Shown here in pieces: positions 29,085-39,610 of a stretch of DNA of 64,000 nucleotides (its first letter is position 1; each line of letters starts with the position of its first letter). The notes below the pieces were generated by a model. It ran no database searches. It saw only the letters and a list, made by a program, of their open reading frames with translations, and was not told where the DNA came from. The position numbers and the translations under genes were made by a program. Source of the stretch: Candidatus Foliamicus sp. (GTDB taxonomy: Bacteria > Pseudomonadota > Gammaproteobacteria > Steroidobacterales > Foliamicaceae). The stretch lies in NCBI GenBank assembly GCA_965221325.1, contig OZ244880.1, one strand, 5' to 3'.

Positions 29085-29282
29085 ATGCCCAAGCAGAAAT
29101 CCAATCGCGCCGCGGCCAAGCGTTTTCGGCGGACCGGGGGCGGCGCCTTCAAGCGGGCCCGCTCGCACCTCAGCCACATACTTACGAAGAAGAGCAGCAA
29201 GCGCAAACGCAAGCTGGGTTCGCCTGCGGCGGTTTCCAAGGCGGATACAGCGCGCGCCAAGCGCTTGCTGCCATACGCCTAG
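29085..29282 (+). CDS. rpmI: Ribosomal protein L35
   Basis: [42 protein letters not shown]. 65 aa. Confidence 0.97.
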   Translation: MPKQKSNRAAAKRFRRTGGGAFKRARSHLSHILTKKSSKRKRKLGSPAAVSKADTARAKRLLPYA

Positions 29283-29322
29283 CCGGCGTTTATCGCAGGA
29301 ATTTCACAAAGCAGGTTTCCAT

Positions 29323-29673
29323 ATGGCCAGGGTGAAACGCGGCGTTACCACGCGCGCCAGGCACAAGAAGATTCTCAAGAAGGCCAAGGGCTACCAGGGC
29401 GCCCGCAGCCGCTCGTACCGCGTTGCGCGCCAAGCCGTTACCAAGGCCGGCCAATACGCCTACCGCGACCGGCGCCAGCGCAAGCGCGTATTCCGCGCCC
29501 TCTGGATCGCGCGCATCAACGCAGCGGCGCGGCTCAACGGGATGTCGTACAGCCGCTTCATGAGCGGGTTGCGCAAGGCGGGAGTGGAGCTGGACCGCAA
29601 GGCACTCGCCGATATCGCCGTACATCATCGGGAGACATTTGCCGACCTGGCGAAGCGGGCCGCCACGTCTTGA
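29323..29673 (+). CDS. rplT: Ribosomal protein L20
   Basis: [39 protein letters not shown]... Confidence 0.97.
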   Translation: MARVKRGVTTRARHKKILKKAKGYQGARSRSYRVARQAVTKAGQYAYRDRRQRKRVFRALWIARINAAARLNGMSYSRFMSGLRKAGVELDRKALADIAVHHRETFADLAKRAATS

Positions 29674-29683
29674 CCCGCTTTCT

Positions 29684-30670
29684 GTGGGGGATTTCAGCGA
29701 GCGGATACGCGAGGCGCTGGCGGCGATTCAGGCTGCCGGCACGCTCGACGAACTGGAATCGCTGCGCGTCCAGTTGCTGGGCCGCAAGGGAGAGATCACC
29801 GCGCGGCTGAAGGCAGTGGGCGCGTTGCCGGCGGCTCAGAGGCCGGCGGCCGGGAAGGCGGTCAACCAGGCCAAGAACGAAATTGGCGCCGCGATTGCCG
29901 CGCGCAAGCAGGCGCTGAGCGAACACCGCCTCGATGCCGCGTTGAGCGCCGGCGGTCTCGATGTAAGCCTGCCGGGGCGGGGCGCGCGTTCGGGGGCCGA
30001 GCACCCTTTGAGCCGCACCATCCGGCGGGTGCGCGCCATTTTGGGTGGGGCCGGTTTCGCGGTGCGGTCCGGCCCGGAGGTCGAGGACGAGTTCCACAAC
30101 TTTACGGCGCTCAACATGCCGTCCGAGCATCCGGCGCGGGACATGCACGATACCTTCTACCTGCCTTCCGGCCGTTTGCTTCGCACCCATACCTCTCCGG
30201 TGCAGATTCGCGCGATGCTGGCCGAAGGGGCGCCGCTTAAGGTGATTTCCCTGGGGCGTGTGTTCCGGCGGGACTCGGACCAGACCCATACGCCGGTGTT
30301 TCACCAGGTGGAAGGTCTGGCGGTGGATGAAAACCTTAGTCTGGCCAACCTGAAGTCGCTGCTGCACGAATTCGCCGAGCAGTTCTTCGAACGCAAGGTC
30401 GAGGTGCGGTTTCGCGCATCCTATTTCCCGTTCACCGAGCCTTCCGCGGAAATGGACGTGCGCTGGGACAGCGGAGGATGGTTGGAAATCCTGGGCTGCG
30501 GGCTCGTGCATCCCGAAGTGCTGCGCCATGGCGGCGTTGACCCCGAGCAGTACACCGGCTATGCCTTCGGCATGGGCGTGGAGCGCATGGCCATGCTGCG
30601 CTATGGCGTGCGGGACATCCGCCGCTTTTTCGACAACGACATCCGTTTTCTGGCGCAGTTCGCGCCATGA
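29684..30670 (+). CDS. pheS: Phenylalanyl-tRNA synthetase alpha subunit
   Basis: In-frame GTG 29684 lies just after the rplT stop (the track start 29639 overlaps rplT). Motifs HPARDMHDTFYL and FRASYFPFTEPSAEMDV. Confidence 0.93.
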   Translation: MGDFSERIREALAAIQAAGTLDELESLRVQLLGRKGEITARLKAVGALPAAQRPAAGKAVNQAKNEIGAAIAARKQALSEHRLDAALSAGGLDVSLPGRGARSGAEHPLSRTIRRVRAILGGAGFAVRSGPEVEDEFHNFTALNMPSEHPARDMHDTFYLPSGRLLRTHTSPVQIRAMLAEGAPLKVISLGRVFRRDSDQTHTPVFHQVEGLAVDENLSLANLKSLLHEFAEQFFERKVEVRFRASYFPFTEPSAEMDVRWDSGGWLEILGCGLVHPEVLRHGGVDPEQYTGYAFGMGVERMAMLRYGVRDIRRFFDNDIRFLAQFAP

Positions 30671-32700
30671 AGATCGACGTTGCCTGGCTTCGGGACTGGT
30701 GCAGCCCGCAAGCCGAAGATCAGGAGTTGGCCGACCGTCTCACCATGGCGGGGCTGGAGGTGGACAGTCTGACCCGCGCCGGCGATGGGTCCGTGATTCT
30801 GGAGCTGGCGCTCACGCCCAACAGGGCCGACTGTTTTTCGGTGCGCGGCGTAGCGCGCGAAGTCGCCGCACTGTTCGGCGCAAGGCTGACCGAGCGCGAG
30901 CAGCCCGCCGTGCCGGCAAGCAGCACTGCCAGCCGCGAGTTGCGGCTGGATGCGCCGGAAGGCTGCGCTCGGTTTGCCGGGCGCGTCATAGAAGACCTGG
31001 ACGCTGCTGCCGAAACTCCGGATTTCATCGCCCGCAGGCTCGCGGCGGCGGGGGTCCGCCCCTTGCATCTGCTGGTGGACATAACCAACTACGTGATGCT
31101 GGAACTCGGGCAGCCGATGCATGCCTACGACCTTGAGCGTCTGCAAGGCGCGTTGTGCGCGCGCTGGGCCAGGCAGGGCGAAGCGCTGACGCTTCTGGAC
31201 GGCGCCGAGCTGAAGCTGGATTCCGACGTGCTGGTGATTGCCGATGAACGGCGGGCGGTTGCCGCCGCCGGCGTTATGGGTGGCCTGGATAGCGCGGTTA
31301 CCGACGACACCCGTGCGGTGTTGCTTGAATCGGCGTTCTTTGCGCCGGCCGCCGTGGCCGGCAGGGCCCGCCGCCTGGGGCTGCAAACCGAAGCCTCGCT
31401 GCGGTTCGAGCGGGGCGTCGATCCTGCGGCTCAGGTCGAAGCCCTGGAGCTCGCCACCCAACTGATTCTGGAATCCTCCGGCGGCCGCGCCGGGCCGGTG
31501 GTGGATTCCGTGCATGGCGATCTCCTGCCGCGTCGCGAGAAGATTGTCTTGCGCCGAGAGCGCTTGGCGCGGATGTTGGGTTTGACGCTGCCCGACGCGG
31601 AGGTTGCGGCCATCCTGCGCGGCTTGGACATGAACGTGCGGCAGCTCAAGGCGGGCTGGCGGATCACCCCGCCATCTTTCCGCTTCGACCTGGAACGCGA
31701 GGCGGACCTCGTCGAGGAGATCGCGCGCATTCATGGCTACGAGAATATTCCGGCGACGCCGGCGCGCTGGAGCGCGCATCCCGCGCCGGCCACGGAACAG
31801 CGGGTGGACACGGATCGCATCCGGGCGCTGCTGGTTGATCGAGGCTATTGGGAGTGCGTCAACTACAGCTTCCTCGACGAGGACACGCACCGCGCGTTTC
31901 ATCCCGGAGAGCCGGAAATCCGGTTGTCCAATCCGTTATCGAGCGAACTCTCGGTGTTGCGGAAATCGCTTTGGCCAGGCCTGCTGCGCAACTACCGCGA
32001 CAACCGGGGTCGCGGCGCCATGCGGGCGCGCTTGTTCGAGATTGGCGTGTGTTTTTCCGGACAACCCGGGGACGTCGCCGAACAAACATGGCTCGCTGGC
32101 CTGCAAGCCGGAGACGCCTTGCCGGAGCAGTGGGGCAGCAAGAGCCGGGAGGCGGATTTCTTCGATGCGCGCGGCGACGTCGAAGCGATCCTCGGCCTGT
32201 CGCCATTGGCCGGCCTGTTTCGCCTGGAAGCAGAAGCGCACCCGACCCTGCGCCCCGGGCGTTCGGTCCGCATCCTGCGCGACGGACAAGCGGTCGGCTG
32301 GCTGGGCGAGCTGCATCCGCGGCTGGCCGGCGGCGCGCCCGCGCCCTGTATTTTCGCCTTGCGGCTGGATGCGATCCGCAAGTCCCGGCCCGTCTCGACG
32401 GCGCCTGTATCGCGTTTTCCCGCGGTTCGCCGCGACCTCTCGCTGGTTTCCCCGCAGACCGTTCCGGTGGGCGAAATGCTGGCCGCGATCCGCTCGGATG
32501 GTGGGGAGCTGCTGCGCGAAGTTTTCGTGTTTGATGTCTATGAAGGCGGCAAAAGCTTGCAGCCTGATACAAAAAGCATTGGTTTAGGCTTGATTTATCA
32601 GTCAATGTCGCGCACACTAACTGATGAGGAAGTGGACAAAGCCGTAGCCGGCGCCGTTTCGCTTCTTGGCACGAAGTTTGGGGTCAGCGTTCGCGAATGA
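30667..32700 (+). CDS. pheT: Phenylalanyl-tRNA synthetase beta subunit, short form lacking the B2 tRNA-binding domain
   Basis: [11 protein letters not shown]...[31 protein letters not shown]: the N-terminus runs straight into the TPNRADC block. 677 aa versus about 795 in E. coli. ATGA overlap with pheS. Confidence 0.93.
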   Translation: MKIDVAWLRDWCSPQAEDQELADRLTMAGLEVDSLTRAGDGSVILELALTPNRADCFSVRGVAREVAALFGARLTEREQPAVPASSTASRELRLDAPEGCARFAGRVIEDLDAAAETPDFIARRLAAAGVRPLHLLVDITNYVMLELGQPMHAYDLERLQGALCARWARQGEALTLLDGAELKLDSDVLVIADERRAVAAAGVMGGLDSAVTDDTRAVLLESAFFAPAAVAGRARRLGLQTEASLRFERGVDPAAQVEALELATQLILESSGGRAGPVVDSVHGDLLPRREKIVLRRERLARMLGLTLPDAEVAAILRGLDMNVRQLKAGWRITPPSFRFDLEREADLVEEIARIHGYENIPATPARWSAHPAPATEQRVDTDRIRALLVDRGYWECVNYSFLDEDTHRAFHPGEPEIRLSNPLSSELSVLRKSLWPGLLRNYRDNRGRGAMRARLFEIGVCFSGQPGDVAEQTWLAGLQAGDALPEQWGSKSREADFFDARGDVEAILGLSPLAGLFRLEAEAHPTLRPGRSVRILRDGQAVGWLGELHPRLAGGAPAPCIFALRLDAIRKSRPVSTAPVSRFPAVRRDLSLVSPQTVPVGEMLAAIRSDGGELLREVFVFDVYEGGKSLQPDTKSIGLGLIYQSMSRTLTDEEVDKAVAGAVSLLGTKFGVSVRE

Positions 32701-33002
32701 AACGAAAAATGCTTACCCGCGCTGGGATCGTCGGTTCCCTGAATGCTCATATCGGCTTGAGCAAGCAGGAAAGCGCGATGGTGGTCAACGAGGTATTCGA
32801 GAGCATCAGCGATGCGCTTGAGAAAGGTCAGCGCGTGAAGATTTCGGGTTTCGGCAACTTCGATTTGCGCGACAAGGGCGAGCGCCCCGGGCGCAATCCA
32901 CGCACCGGCGAGAGTATTCCGATCAGCGTGCGCCGCGTGGTGACGTTTTCCGCGGGGCAGAAACTGCGGCAACTGGTGGAAGCGGGTGCTGGATCAGATT
33001 GA
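32697..33002 (+). CDS. ihfA: Integration host factor alpha subunit
   Basis: [40 protein letters not shown] closely parallels E. coli IhfA. The start could be 32697 or 32709. Confidence 0.95.
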   Translation: MKRKMLTRAGIVGSLNAHIGLSKQESAMVVNEVFESISDALEKGQRVKISGFGNFDLRDKGERPGRNPRTGESIPISVRRVVTFSAGQKLRQLVEAGAGSD

Positions 33003-33342
33003 TCAGGACGTCAAGCTGCCGCCGATTCCGGCCAAGCGGCATTTCACGATAGGCGAGGTCAGTACGCTTTGCCGGGTCGAGCAGCATGTTCTGCGCTACT
33101 GGGAAAAGGAATTCCCGCAACTGAACCCCACCAAGCGGCGCGGCGGCCGCCGATATTACCAGGCGCAGGACATCATGCTGATCCGGCAGATTCGCCATTT
33201 GCTGCAGGTGGAAGGCTATACACTGGCCGGCGCGCGCCAGCGGCTGGCCGGGGAGAAACGGCGCGAAGACCAGGGGCAGCTCAAGCAATTCGCGCGCCAG
33301 ATGCGCTCGGAGTTGGAAGCACTGCAGCGCTTGCTCAAGTAG
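32986..33342 (+). CDS. MerR-family transcriptional regulator
   Basis: [27 protein letters not shown]. 118 aa. Overlaps the ihfA end by 17 nt. Confidence 0.85.
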   Translation: MLDQIDQDVKLPPIPAKRHFTIGEVSTLCRVEQHVLRYWEKEFPQLNPTKRRGGRRYYQAQDIMLIRQIRHLLQVEGYTLAGARQRLAGEKRREDQGQLKQFARQMRSELEALQRLLK

Positions 33343-33370
33343 CCCCAGGCGATAGAATGAGCGCCCGGTT

Positions 33371-33447
<77 letters not shown>

Positions 33448-33468
33448 TTTCCCCGGATCGTTCGGCTT

Positions 33469-34530
33469 ATGGGTCAAGTTCTGCAACGTAGCTCCCTGCT
33501 GGTGCTGGTGGCCGCGGTCAGCGTGGCCTTCGTGCTGCTGCTCGCCGACCTGCTGCTGGCGGTGTTTTGGGCGGCAGTGCTCGCGGTTCTGTTTCATGGC
33601 CTGTACCGGCGCCTGCTGCCCCTTCTACTCGGCAAGCCGCCGCTGGCCGCAAGCGCCGTACTGCTGATTGTGCTGTTGGGCGTGGTCGCGCCGGTGCTGC
33701 TGCTGGGTTGGGCCGTGGTGCGCGAGGCGACGCTGTTCTATGCCGCCGTGGAAGGGGGCGCGTTCGATCCTGCGGCGCCGCTGGAAAGGGTCGGCGCATG
33801 GGTTCCCTGGGTCCGGGACTGGCTGGAGTCCTTGGGTCTTAGCCTGGAACAGGTCCGCGAAGGTCTGGTTTCGGCGGCGGCCAATGCCGGCAAGTTCGCG
33901 GCCACCGGACTGGTAGCCGCCGGCCAGGGAGCGCTCAAGCTGATCCTTCAGCTAGTGATCATGCTCTACCTCTTGTTCTTCTTCCTGCGCGACGGCGAGA
34001 AACTCATTTCATTGCTCGTGCGGATACTGCCGCTGGGCGACGCGCGGGAATACGAATTGTTCGCGCAATTTGCAACGGTCTCGCGGGTAAGCGTCACTTC
34101 CACCGCTGTAATCGGACTGGTGCAGGGCGGCCTGGGTGGCGTGACGCTGGCGTTGCTGGGCGTGGGAAGTCCGGTTCTGCTGGGCGTGTTGATGGGGCTG
34201 TTGTCGATTGTGCCGGCCGTGGGGCCGGCGCTGGTGTGGGTGCCCGTGGCGATCTGGCTGTTCGCCTCCGGGGCCTGGATTCAGGCCCTGATCCTGGTAG
34301 CTGTCGGCGTGCTGGTGGTGGGCTTGGCGGACAATCTCCTGCGTCCCATGCTGGTCGGCAGAAAAGCGCGATTGCCTGACTATGTCATTCTCATGGCAAC
34401 CCTCGGCGGGTTGTCGGCATTCGGATTCTCGGGGCTGGTTATCGGGCCGGTCCTGGCGGCCTTGTTCTTCGTTTCCTGGCGCTTGTTCGAGGAGGAGTTC
34501 TCGCCCGCGGAAATCCGGGATGAGACGTGA
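33469..34530 (+). CDS. AI-2E family (PerM/YhhT-like) membrane transporter
   Basis: In-frame ATG 33469 (the track start overlaps the tRNA). Polytopic hydrophobic protein. The ending LRPMLVGRKARLPDYVILMATLGG is typical of the family. Confidence 0.8.
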   Translation: MGQVLQRSSLLVLVAAVSVAFVLLLADLLLAVFWAAVLAVLFHGLYRRLLPLLLGKPPLAASAVLLIVLLGVVAPVLLLGWAVVREATLFYAAVEGGAFDPAAPLERVGAWVPWVRDWLESLGLSLEQVREGLVSAAANAGKFAATGLVAAGQGALKLILQLVIMLYLLFFFLRDGEKLISLLVRILPLGDAREYELFAQFATVSRVSVTSTAVIGLVQGGLGGVTLALLGVGSPVLLGVLMGLLSIVPAVGPALVWVPVAIWLFASGAWIQALILVAVGVLVVGLADNLLRPMLVGRKARLPDYVILMATLGGLSAFGFSGLVIGPVLAALFFVSWRLFEEEFSPAEIRDET

Positions 34531-35933
34531 ACGCGCCGACGCTTGCCGAGGAGCTTGCCTCCATCGTAGGCGAGGCCCACTGCGTAGATGATCCCGCGGC
34601 ACTGCAACCCTATCTGGAGGAGCCGCGCGGACGCTACCAGGGACAGGCGACGCTGCTGGCGGCGCCGGGCAGCGCCGAGGAAACGGCCCGCGTGCTGGCA
34701 TGCTGCAATCGGCGCGGTGTCGGCGTGGTGCCGGTGGGTGGCCGCACCGGCTTGTGTGGCGGAACCCATACGCGTCCGGGCGACCTGCTGCTGAGCCTGC
34801 ATCGTCAAAGGCGGGTGCGTCGCATCGAATCCGGACACCTGACCGCGGAAGCCGGCTGTGTGTTGTCCACCTTGCAGGAGCAGGCAGCCCAAGTGGGCGG
34901 CATTTTCCCTTTGAGCCTGGGATCGGAAGGGAGCTGCCAGTTGGGCGGCGTGCTGTCCACCAACGCCGGCGGCATTCACGTATTGCGTTACGGCATGGCG
35001 CGCGGACTGGTGCTGGGCTTGGAAGTTGTACTCCCCGACGGCAGTTTGCTTTCCGATCTCAAGCCGCTGGCCAAGGACAATACCGGCTACGACGTAAAGC
35101 AGTTATTCATCGGCTCCGAAGGCACCCTGGGCGTGATTACCGCGGCCACCGTGCGGCTTTTTCCGAATCCAGGTGCGCGAGTTACTGCGTTGCTGGGAGT
35201 GGACTCCCCCTTGCAGGCCGTTTCGTTGTACGACAGCGCAGAGGCTGCCTTGGGAAGCGAGCTCAACGCCTTCGAGCTGGTGTCGCGCCGCGCCGCGCAA
35301 CTGTGCGAGGAACACCTGGACGGGGTCTCGATTCCGGCCGACATGAAAGCACCCTGGCTGCTCTGCGTCGAAGTGGCCGGGAGCGGCGAGGAAACGGCGC
35401 TCAGTGAGCGGTTCACGGCTTTTCTGGAGGATGCGTTGCAAACGGGCGCGCTGCAGGAGGCCGTATGTGCCGCCAGCGAGGCCCAGAGCGAGGCGATCTG
35501 GCGCCTGCGGCATGGCGTGCCGGAGGCCGTGCGCCATGCCGGGGCGGCGCTGCGTCACGACCTTGCGGTTCCCGTGGAGCGGATTCCGGAGTTTCTGGAG
35601 TCGGCCCAGGCACTGTGCCGGGAATATCTGCCGGGCGCGGAACCGGCGCCATTCGGGCACGTGGGCGACGGCAATCTGCATTACACGGTCTGTTGTCCCA
35701 GGCTCATGGACCGGGAACGGTTCTTGCGCCAAGGCGAAGCTTTCAGCGCCGCGCTGCGGGAGCAGGCTTGGTCGATGGATGGCAGTTTCAGCGCCGAACA
35801 CGGCGTAGGACTGCTGCTGAAGGACGAGCTTCAACGGCTCGGAGATCCGGTAAAACTCGGCGTGATGCGCGCGGTCAAGCGCGCCTTGGATCCGCGCGGC
35901 ATCATGAATCCCGGCAAGGTGGTGGAAGCATGA
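34527..35933 (+). CDS. FAD-linked oxidase (GlcD / D-2-hydroxyacid dehydrogenase-like)
   Basis: GTG start (GTGA overlap). FAD-binding VVPVGGRTGLCGG. The C-terminal FSAEHGVGLLLKDEL...LDPRGIMNPGKV is typical of the family. Confidence 0.85.
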   Translation: MNAPTLAEELASIVGEAHCVDDPAALQPYLEEPRGRYQGQATLLAAPGSAEETARVLACCNRRGVGVVPVGGRTGLCGGTHTRPGDLLLSLHRQRRVRRIESGHLTAEAGCVLSTLQEQAAQVGGIFPLSLGSEGSCQLGGVLSTNAGGIHVLRYGMARGLVLGLEVVLPDGSLLSDLKPLAKDNTGYDVKQLFIGSEGTLGVITAATVRLFPNPGARVTALLGVDSPLQAVSLYDSAEAALGSELNAFELVSRRAAQLCEEHLDGVSIPADMKAPWLLCVEVAGSGEETALSERFTAFLEDALQTGALQEAVCAASEAQSEAIWRLRHGVPEAVRHAGAALRHDLAVPVERIPEFLESAQALCREYLPGAEPAPFGHVGDGNLHYTVCCPRLMDRERFLRQGEAFSAALREQAWSMDGSFSAEHGVGLLLKDELQRLGDPVKLGVMRAVKRALDPRGIMNPGKVVEA

Positions 35934-38518
35934 GCGCGCCTTGGGCAGTGCTCAAGTTCGGCGGCGCCAGCGTGGCCGGGGCCGGCGGCTGGGAAACGGT
36001 GGGCCGTCTCGTTCGCCGACGCCAGGAACAGGGCTTGCGGCCTATCGTTGTGCATTCGGCGCTGGCCGGCGTGACCGACGAGCTGGAAGCCCTGGTTGAG
36101 CTGGCGCGCCGCAACGCACATGCCGAGCGGGAGCAGGCATTGGCGGACCGCCACCTGGAGCTGGCGCGCGAGCTGGACATTCCCGACCCGGCCGCTTGCC
36201 TCGAAGCCGAGCTGGATAACCTGGCGCAATTGCTGCGCGGCATCGCGCTGACCGGCGAAGCGGGCTACCGGGCGCGGGTCAAGGTGCTGGCTCTGGGTGA
36301 ACGCCTGGCCGGCCGGCTGGGCGCAGCAGCGCTGTCGAGTCAGGGGATAGCGGTTGCTCCGGTCAACCCGGCGCGCTTGCTGCGGGCCGAGGAACGCGGC
36401 TGGGCAAGCGAACGCGACGCCATGCTGAATGCGGCCTGCGCCCACGATTCCGACCCCGAAGCGGCGGCCTTGCTTGATGAACTGAGCGGCGTGCCGCTCA
36501 CACAGGGCTATATCGCGCGCAGTGCCGAGGGCGACGAAGTGCTGCTGGGACGCGGCGGCTCGGACGTTTCTGCGGCCGCGCTGGCCGCATCCATCGGCGC
36601 CTCCCGGCTGGAAGTATGGACCGACGTGCCAGGCGTGTTCAGCGCCGATCCCAAAGCGATAAGCGGCGCGCGGCTGTTGCGCAGACTCAGCTATGCCGAA
36701 GCGCAGGAAATCGCCACCTCCGGCGGCAGTGTGCTGCACCCGCTCACAATCCCGCCGCTGCGCGCCCAGCGTATTCCGCTCACCGTCCGCTCGACCCTGC
36801 ACCCGGACCTGCCCGGCACCCACATCGGCCCTGCGGAAGGTCCCGACAGCGCGCAGGTCAAGGCGGTCATGTTACGCAGCGGTGTGACCCTGGTTTCCTT
36901 GGAAACGCTCGGCATGTGGCGCCGGGTGGGCTTCCTGCAAGAGGTGTTCACCTGCTTTGGCGCACTCGGGCTGTCGGTGGACCTGGTTTCCACCTCCGAC
37001 AGCAACGTGACGGTGACGCTGGACGCCGACCCCGAAGCGCTCGTGCCGGCGCTGATGGAGCGTCTTCGCGCCGAGCTCGGCCGCATAGGCGAGGTGCGCA
37101 TAACTACCAATACCAGCGTCGTTACGCTGGTGGGCCGGCGCATCCGCGCCGTGCTGCATGAAGTGGGGCCTGCTTTGGAAGCTTTTCGCGAGCAGCCTAT
37201 CCATCTGCTCAGTCAGGCGGCCAGCGATCTCAATATCAGTTTCGTGGTGGACCCCGGCCAGGCGCGGCGTCTGGCCCAGCGCCTGCACGGGCGCCTGATT
37301 GCGCCCGACGCCGGCGACGCTGCCTTCGGCCCGGCGTGGGAGGAGCTGACGCAACCGACGCCGGCGGCTGCAGACGCACCGCAGGCGCCCTGGTGGATGC
37401 AGCGCCGTGACGAATTGCTTGCGCTTGGCGCGCAACACGGCGCGGTGTACGTATACAGCCTGGAACAGGTGGCCGCGGCGTGCGGGCGGCTCAAGAGCCT
37501 GAAATCTATCGACCGGGTCTATTACGCCATCAAGGCCAATGCGCATCCGGCCGTGCTCCAGCGCGTGCGCGCCTGCGGCCTGGAGTTCGAATGCGTCTCG
37601 CCCGGCGAATTGCGTCTGCTTGAGTCGCTGTTTCCGCAGCAGGATGCGGGCCGGGTGCTGTTTACGCCCAATTTCGCCCCGCAGGCCGAATACCGCGAAG
37701 CGCTCGACGCGGGCGCGCTTGTAACCGTGGACAATCTTGGCGTGCTCGAGAATTGGCCGGAGCTGTTTGCGGGACGGGAGATCTTTCTGCGACTCGACCC
37801 GGGCGTGGGCCGCGGGCTGCACCGGCATGTGCGAACGGCGGGCGTGCATTCCAAGTTTGGTGTGCCGCTGTTCGAAGTCGCCCGCGCCGCCAAGGCTGCC
37901 AGCAGCGCTGGTGCGAAGGTGGCCGGCCTGCATGCGCACATGGGCAGCGGCGTGATGGACCCGGGTGCCTGGGTTCCGATAGCGGAAACGCTACTGGAAT
38001 GCGCCGATCATTTCCCCGAGGCGCGCGTCATCAACCTGGGCGGCGGCCTGGGCGTGCCTCAGTACGCGACCGAACCCGGGTTGGACTTGGCAGCCGTGGA
38101 CGCAAACCTGGCCCCGTGTCGCGCCCGGGCGCCGGATGGGATGGAGTTCTGGCTGGAGCCGGGACGCTACGCGGTGGCGGAAGCCGGAGTGTTGCTGGCT
38201 CGGGTAACGCAGGTTAAGGGCAAGACCGGCGCCTCCTACGTGGGCGTGGAAACCGGCATGAACTCGTTCTTGCGCCCGGCCCTTTACGGCTCCTATCACG
38301 AGGTTTACAACCTGAGCCGGCTGGACCACCCGGCCACCCGCCTGGTGAACGTGGTCGGACCAATCTGTGAGAGCGGGGACGTGCTGGCACGCGACCGCAT
38401 GCTTCCCGAATGCCGCGAAGGCGACGTGTTGCTGTTCGCCAACGCGGGAGCCTATGGGCGGGTCATGGCTTCGGGCTATAACCTGCGCGAACCGGCCAGC
38501 GAGGAGGTGATCGAGTGA
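35930..38518 (+). CDS. Bifunctional aspartate kinase / diaminopimelate decarboxylase fusion
   Basis: ATG 35930 (ATGA overlap). The N-terminal half is aspartokinase (VLKFGGASV...GRGGSDVSAAALA plus ACT-like region). The C-terminal half is a PLP decarboxylase (YYAIKANAHPAVL...HAHMGSG...ESGDVLARD). 862 aa. Confidence 0.88.
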   Translation: MSAPWAVLKFGGASVAGAGGWETVGRLVRRRQEQGLRPIVVHSALAGVTDELEALVELARRNAHAEREQALADRHLELARELDIPDPAACLEAELDNLAQLLRGIALTGEAGYRARVKVLALGERLAGRLGAAALSSQGIAVAPVNPARLLRAEERGWASERDAMLNAACAHDSDPEAAALLDELSGVPLTQGYIARSAEGDEVLLGRGGSDVSAAALAASIGASRLEVWTDVPGVFSADPKAISGARLLRRLSYAEAQEIATSGGSVLHPLTIPPLRAQRIPLTVRSTLHPDLPGTHIGPAEGPDSAQVKAVMLRSGVTLVSLETLGMWRRVGFLQEVFTCFGALGLSVDLVSTSDSNVTVTLDADPEALVPALMERLRAELGRIGEVRITTNTSVVTLVGRRIRAVLHEVGPALEAFREQPIHLLSQAASDLNISFVVDPGQARRLAQRLHGRLIAPDAGDAAFGPAWEELTQPTPAAADAPQAPWWMQRRDELLALGAQHGAVYVYSLEQVAAACGRLKSLKSIDRVYYAIKANAHPAVLQRVRACGLEFECVSPGELRLLESLFPQQDAGRVLFTPNFAPQAEYREALDAGALVTVDNLGVLENWPELFAGREIFLRLDPGVGRGLHRHVRTAGVHSKFGVPLFEVARAAKAASSAGAKVAGLHAHMGSGVMDPGAWVPIAETLLECADHFPEARVINLGGGLGVPQYATEPGLDLAAVDANLAPCRARAPDGMEFWLEPGRYAVAEAGVLLARVTQVKGKTGASYVGVETGMNSFLRPALYGSYHEVYNLSRLDHPATRLVNVVGPICESGDVLARDRMLPECREGDVLLFANAGAYGRVMASGYNLREPASEEVIE

Positions 38519-38820
38519 GCAAGGCAAGCAAGGCAGAGGCGCTTGAGGTCCTGCTGGAACTGGAGACCGTGATCCGCGCGCGCGGCGCGGCGGAGCCGGA
38601 GGAAAGCTATACGGCTCGGCTGCTGGGCGGCGGGATGCAGCGCGTGGCGCAGAAGTTCGGCGAAGAGTCGGTGGAGCTGGCGCTGGCCGCTGCCGCGGGC
38701 GACCGCGAGAATGTGCGCGCCGAGGCTGCCGACGTGATTTACCACCTGCTGGTGCTGCTCGAAGGCAGCGGTGTCTCGCTGGCCGAAGCGCTCGACGAAC
38801 TGCGCGCGCGGCGCCGCTGA
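38515..38820 (+). CDS. hisE: Phosphoribosyl-ATP pyrophosphohydrolase (stand-alone HisE)
   Basis: GTG start overlaps the lysAC stop. SYTARLLGGGMQRVAQKFGEESVELALAA...EAADVIYHLLVLLEGSGVSLAEALDEL. 101 aa. Confidence 0.88.
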   Translation: MSKASKAEALEVLLELETVIRARGAAEPEESYTARLLGGGMQRVAQKFGEESVELALAAAAGDRENVRAEAADVIYHLLVLLEGSGVSLAEALDELRARRR

Positions 38821-38842
38821 AGGCGCCGGCTGCCCCGGGGCT

Positions 38843-39610
38843 TCAGTCCCGGACAGACAGGCCGACGGCGCTCAGGTAAGCCTTGAGGTGGGGAATCGCG
38901 ATTTCGCCGGAGTGAAACACGCTGGCTGCCAGTGCGCCGTCCACGCGCGCCTGCCGGAAAACGTCGGCGAAGTGTTCCGGCGCTCCTGCACCGCCTGAGG
39001 CGATCAGCGGTACGCGACAGCGTTCGCGCGCGGCGGCTAGCTGCTCGATGTCGTAGCCTTCGCGCACGCCGTCCATGTTCATGCAGTTCAAGACGATTTC
39101 GCCGGCGCCGCGGTCCTGCGCCTCGCCGATCCAGTCGAGCGTGCGACGCCCCGCCTCGCGGCTCAGTGTCGGATCGCCGGTAAGTTCATGCACATGCCAT
39201 TCGCCGGCGTTGCCGCTGCTGTCGATGCCCACCACCACGCACTGCGAACCGAAGCGCCGCGCCAGTTCACCGATCAGACCGGGGTTGGCCAGCGCCGGGC
39301 TGTTGATCGAAATCTTGTCCGCGCCGTTCATCAGCACTTCTTCGGCCGCGTCCACGCCACGGATGCCGCCGGCCACGCAGAACGGGATGTCCAGCACTTC
39401 GGCCACGCGCCGTATCCAACTGCGGTCCACCGAGCGCCCATGGGGACTCGCGGTGATGTCGTAGAACACCAACTCGTCGGCATGTTCCTGGCGGTAGCGT
39501 TGCGCCAGCTCCATGATTTCGCCCATCACGCGGTGCTCACGAAAGCGTACGCCCTTCACGACCTGACCATCGCGCACGTCGAGGCAGGGAATTATTCGCC
39601 GCGCCAGCAC
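38843..39610 (-). CDS. hisF: Imidazole glycerol phosphate synthase cyclase subunit
   Basis: In-frame GTG 39610: (V)[22 protein letters not shown]... 255 aa. The track ORF is extended upstream into hisA. Confidence 0.95.
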   Translation of the reverse strand: MLARRIIPCLDVRDGQVVKGVRFREHRVMGEIMELAQRYRQEHADELVFYDITASPHGRSVDRSWIRRVAEVLDIPFCVAGGIRGVDAAEEVLMNGADKISINSPALANPGLIGELARRFGSQCVVVGIDSSGNAGEWHVHELTGDPTLSREAGRRTLDWIGEAQDRGAGEIVLNCMNMDGVREGYDIEQLAAARERCRVPLIASGGAGAPEHFADVFRQARVDGALAASVFHSGEIAIPHLKAYLSAVGLSVRD

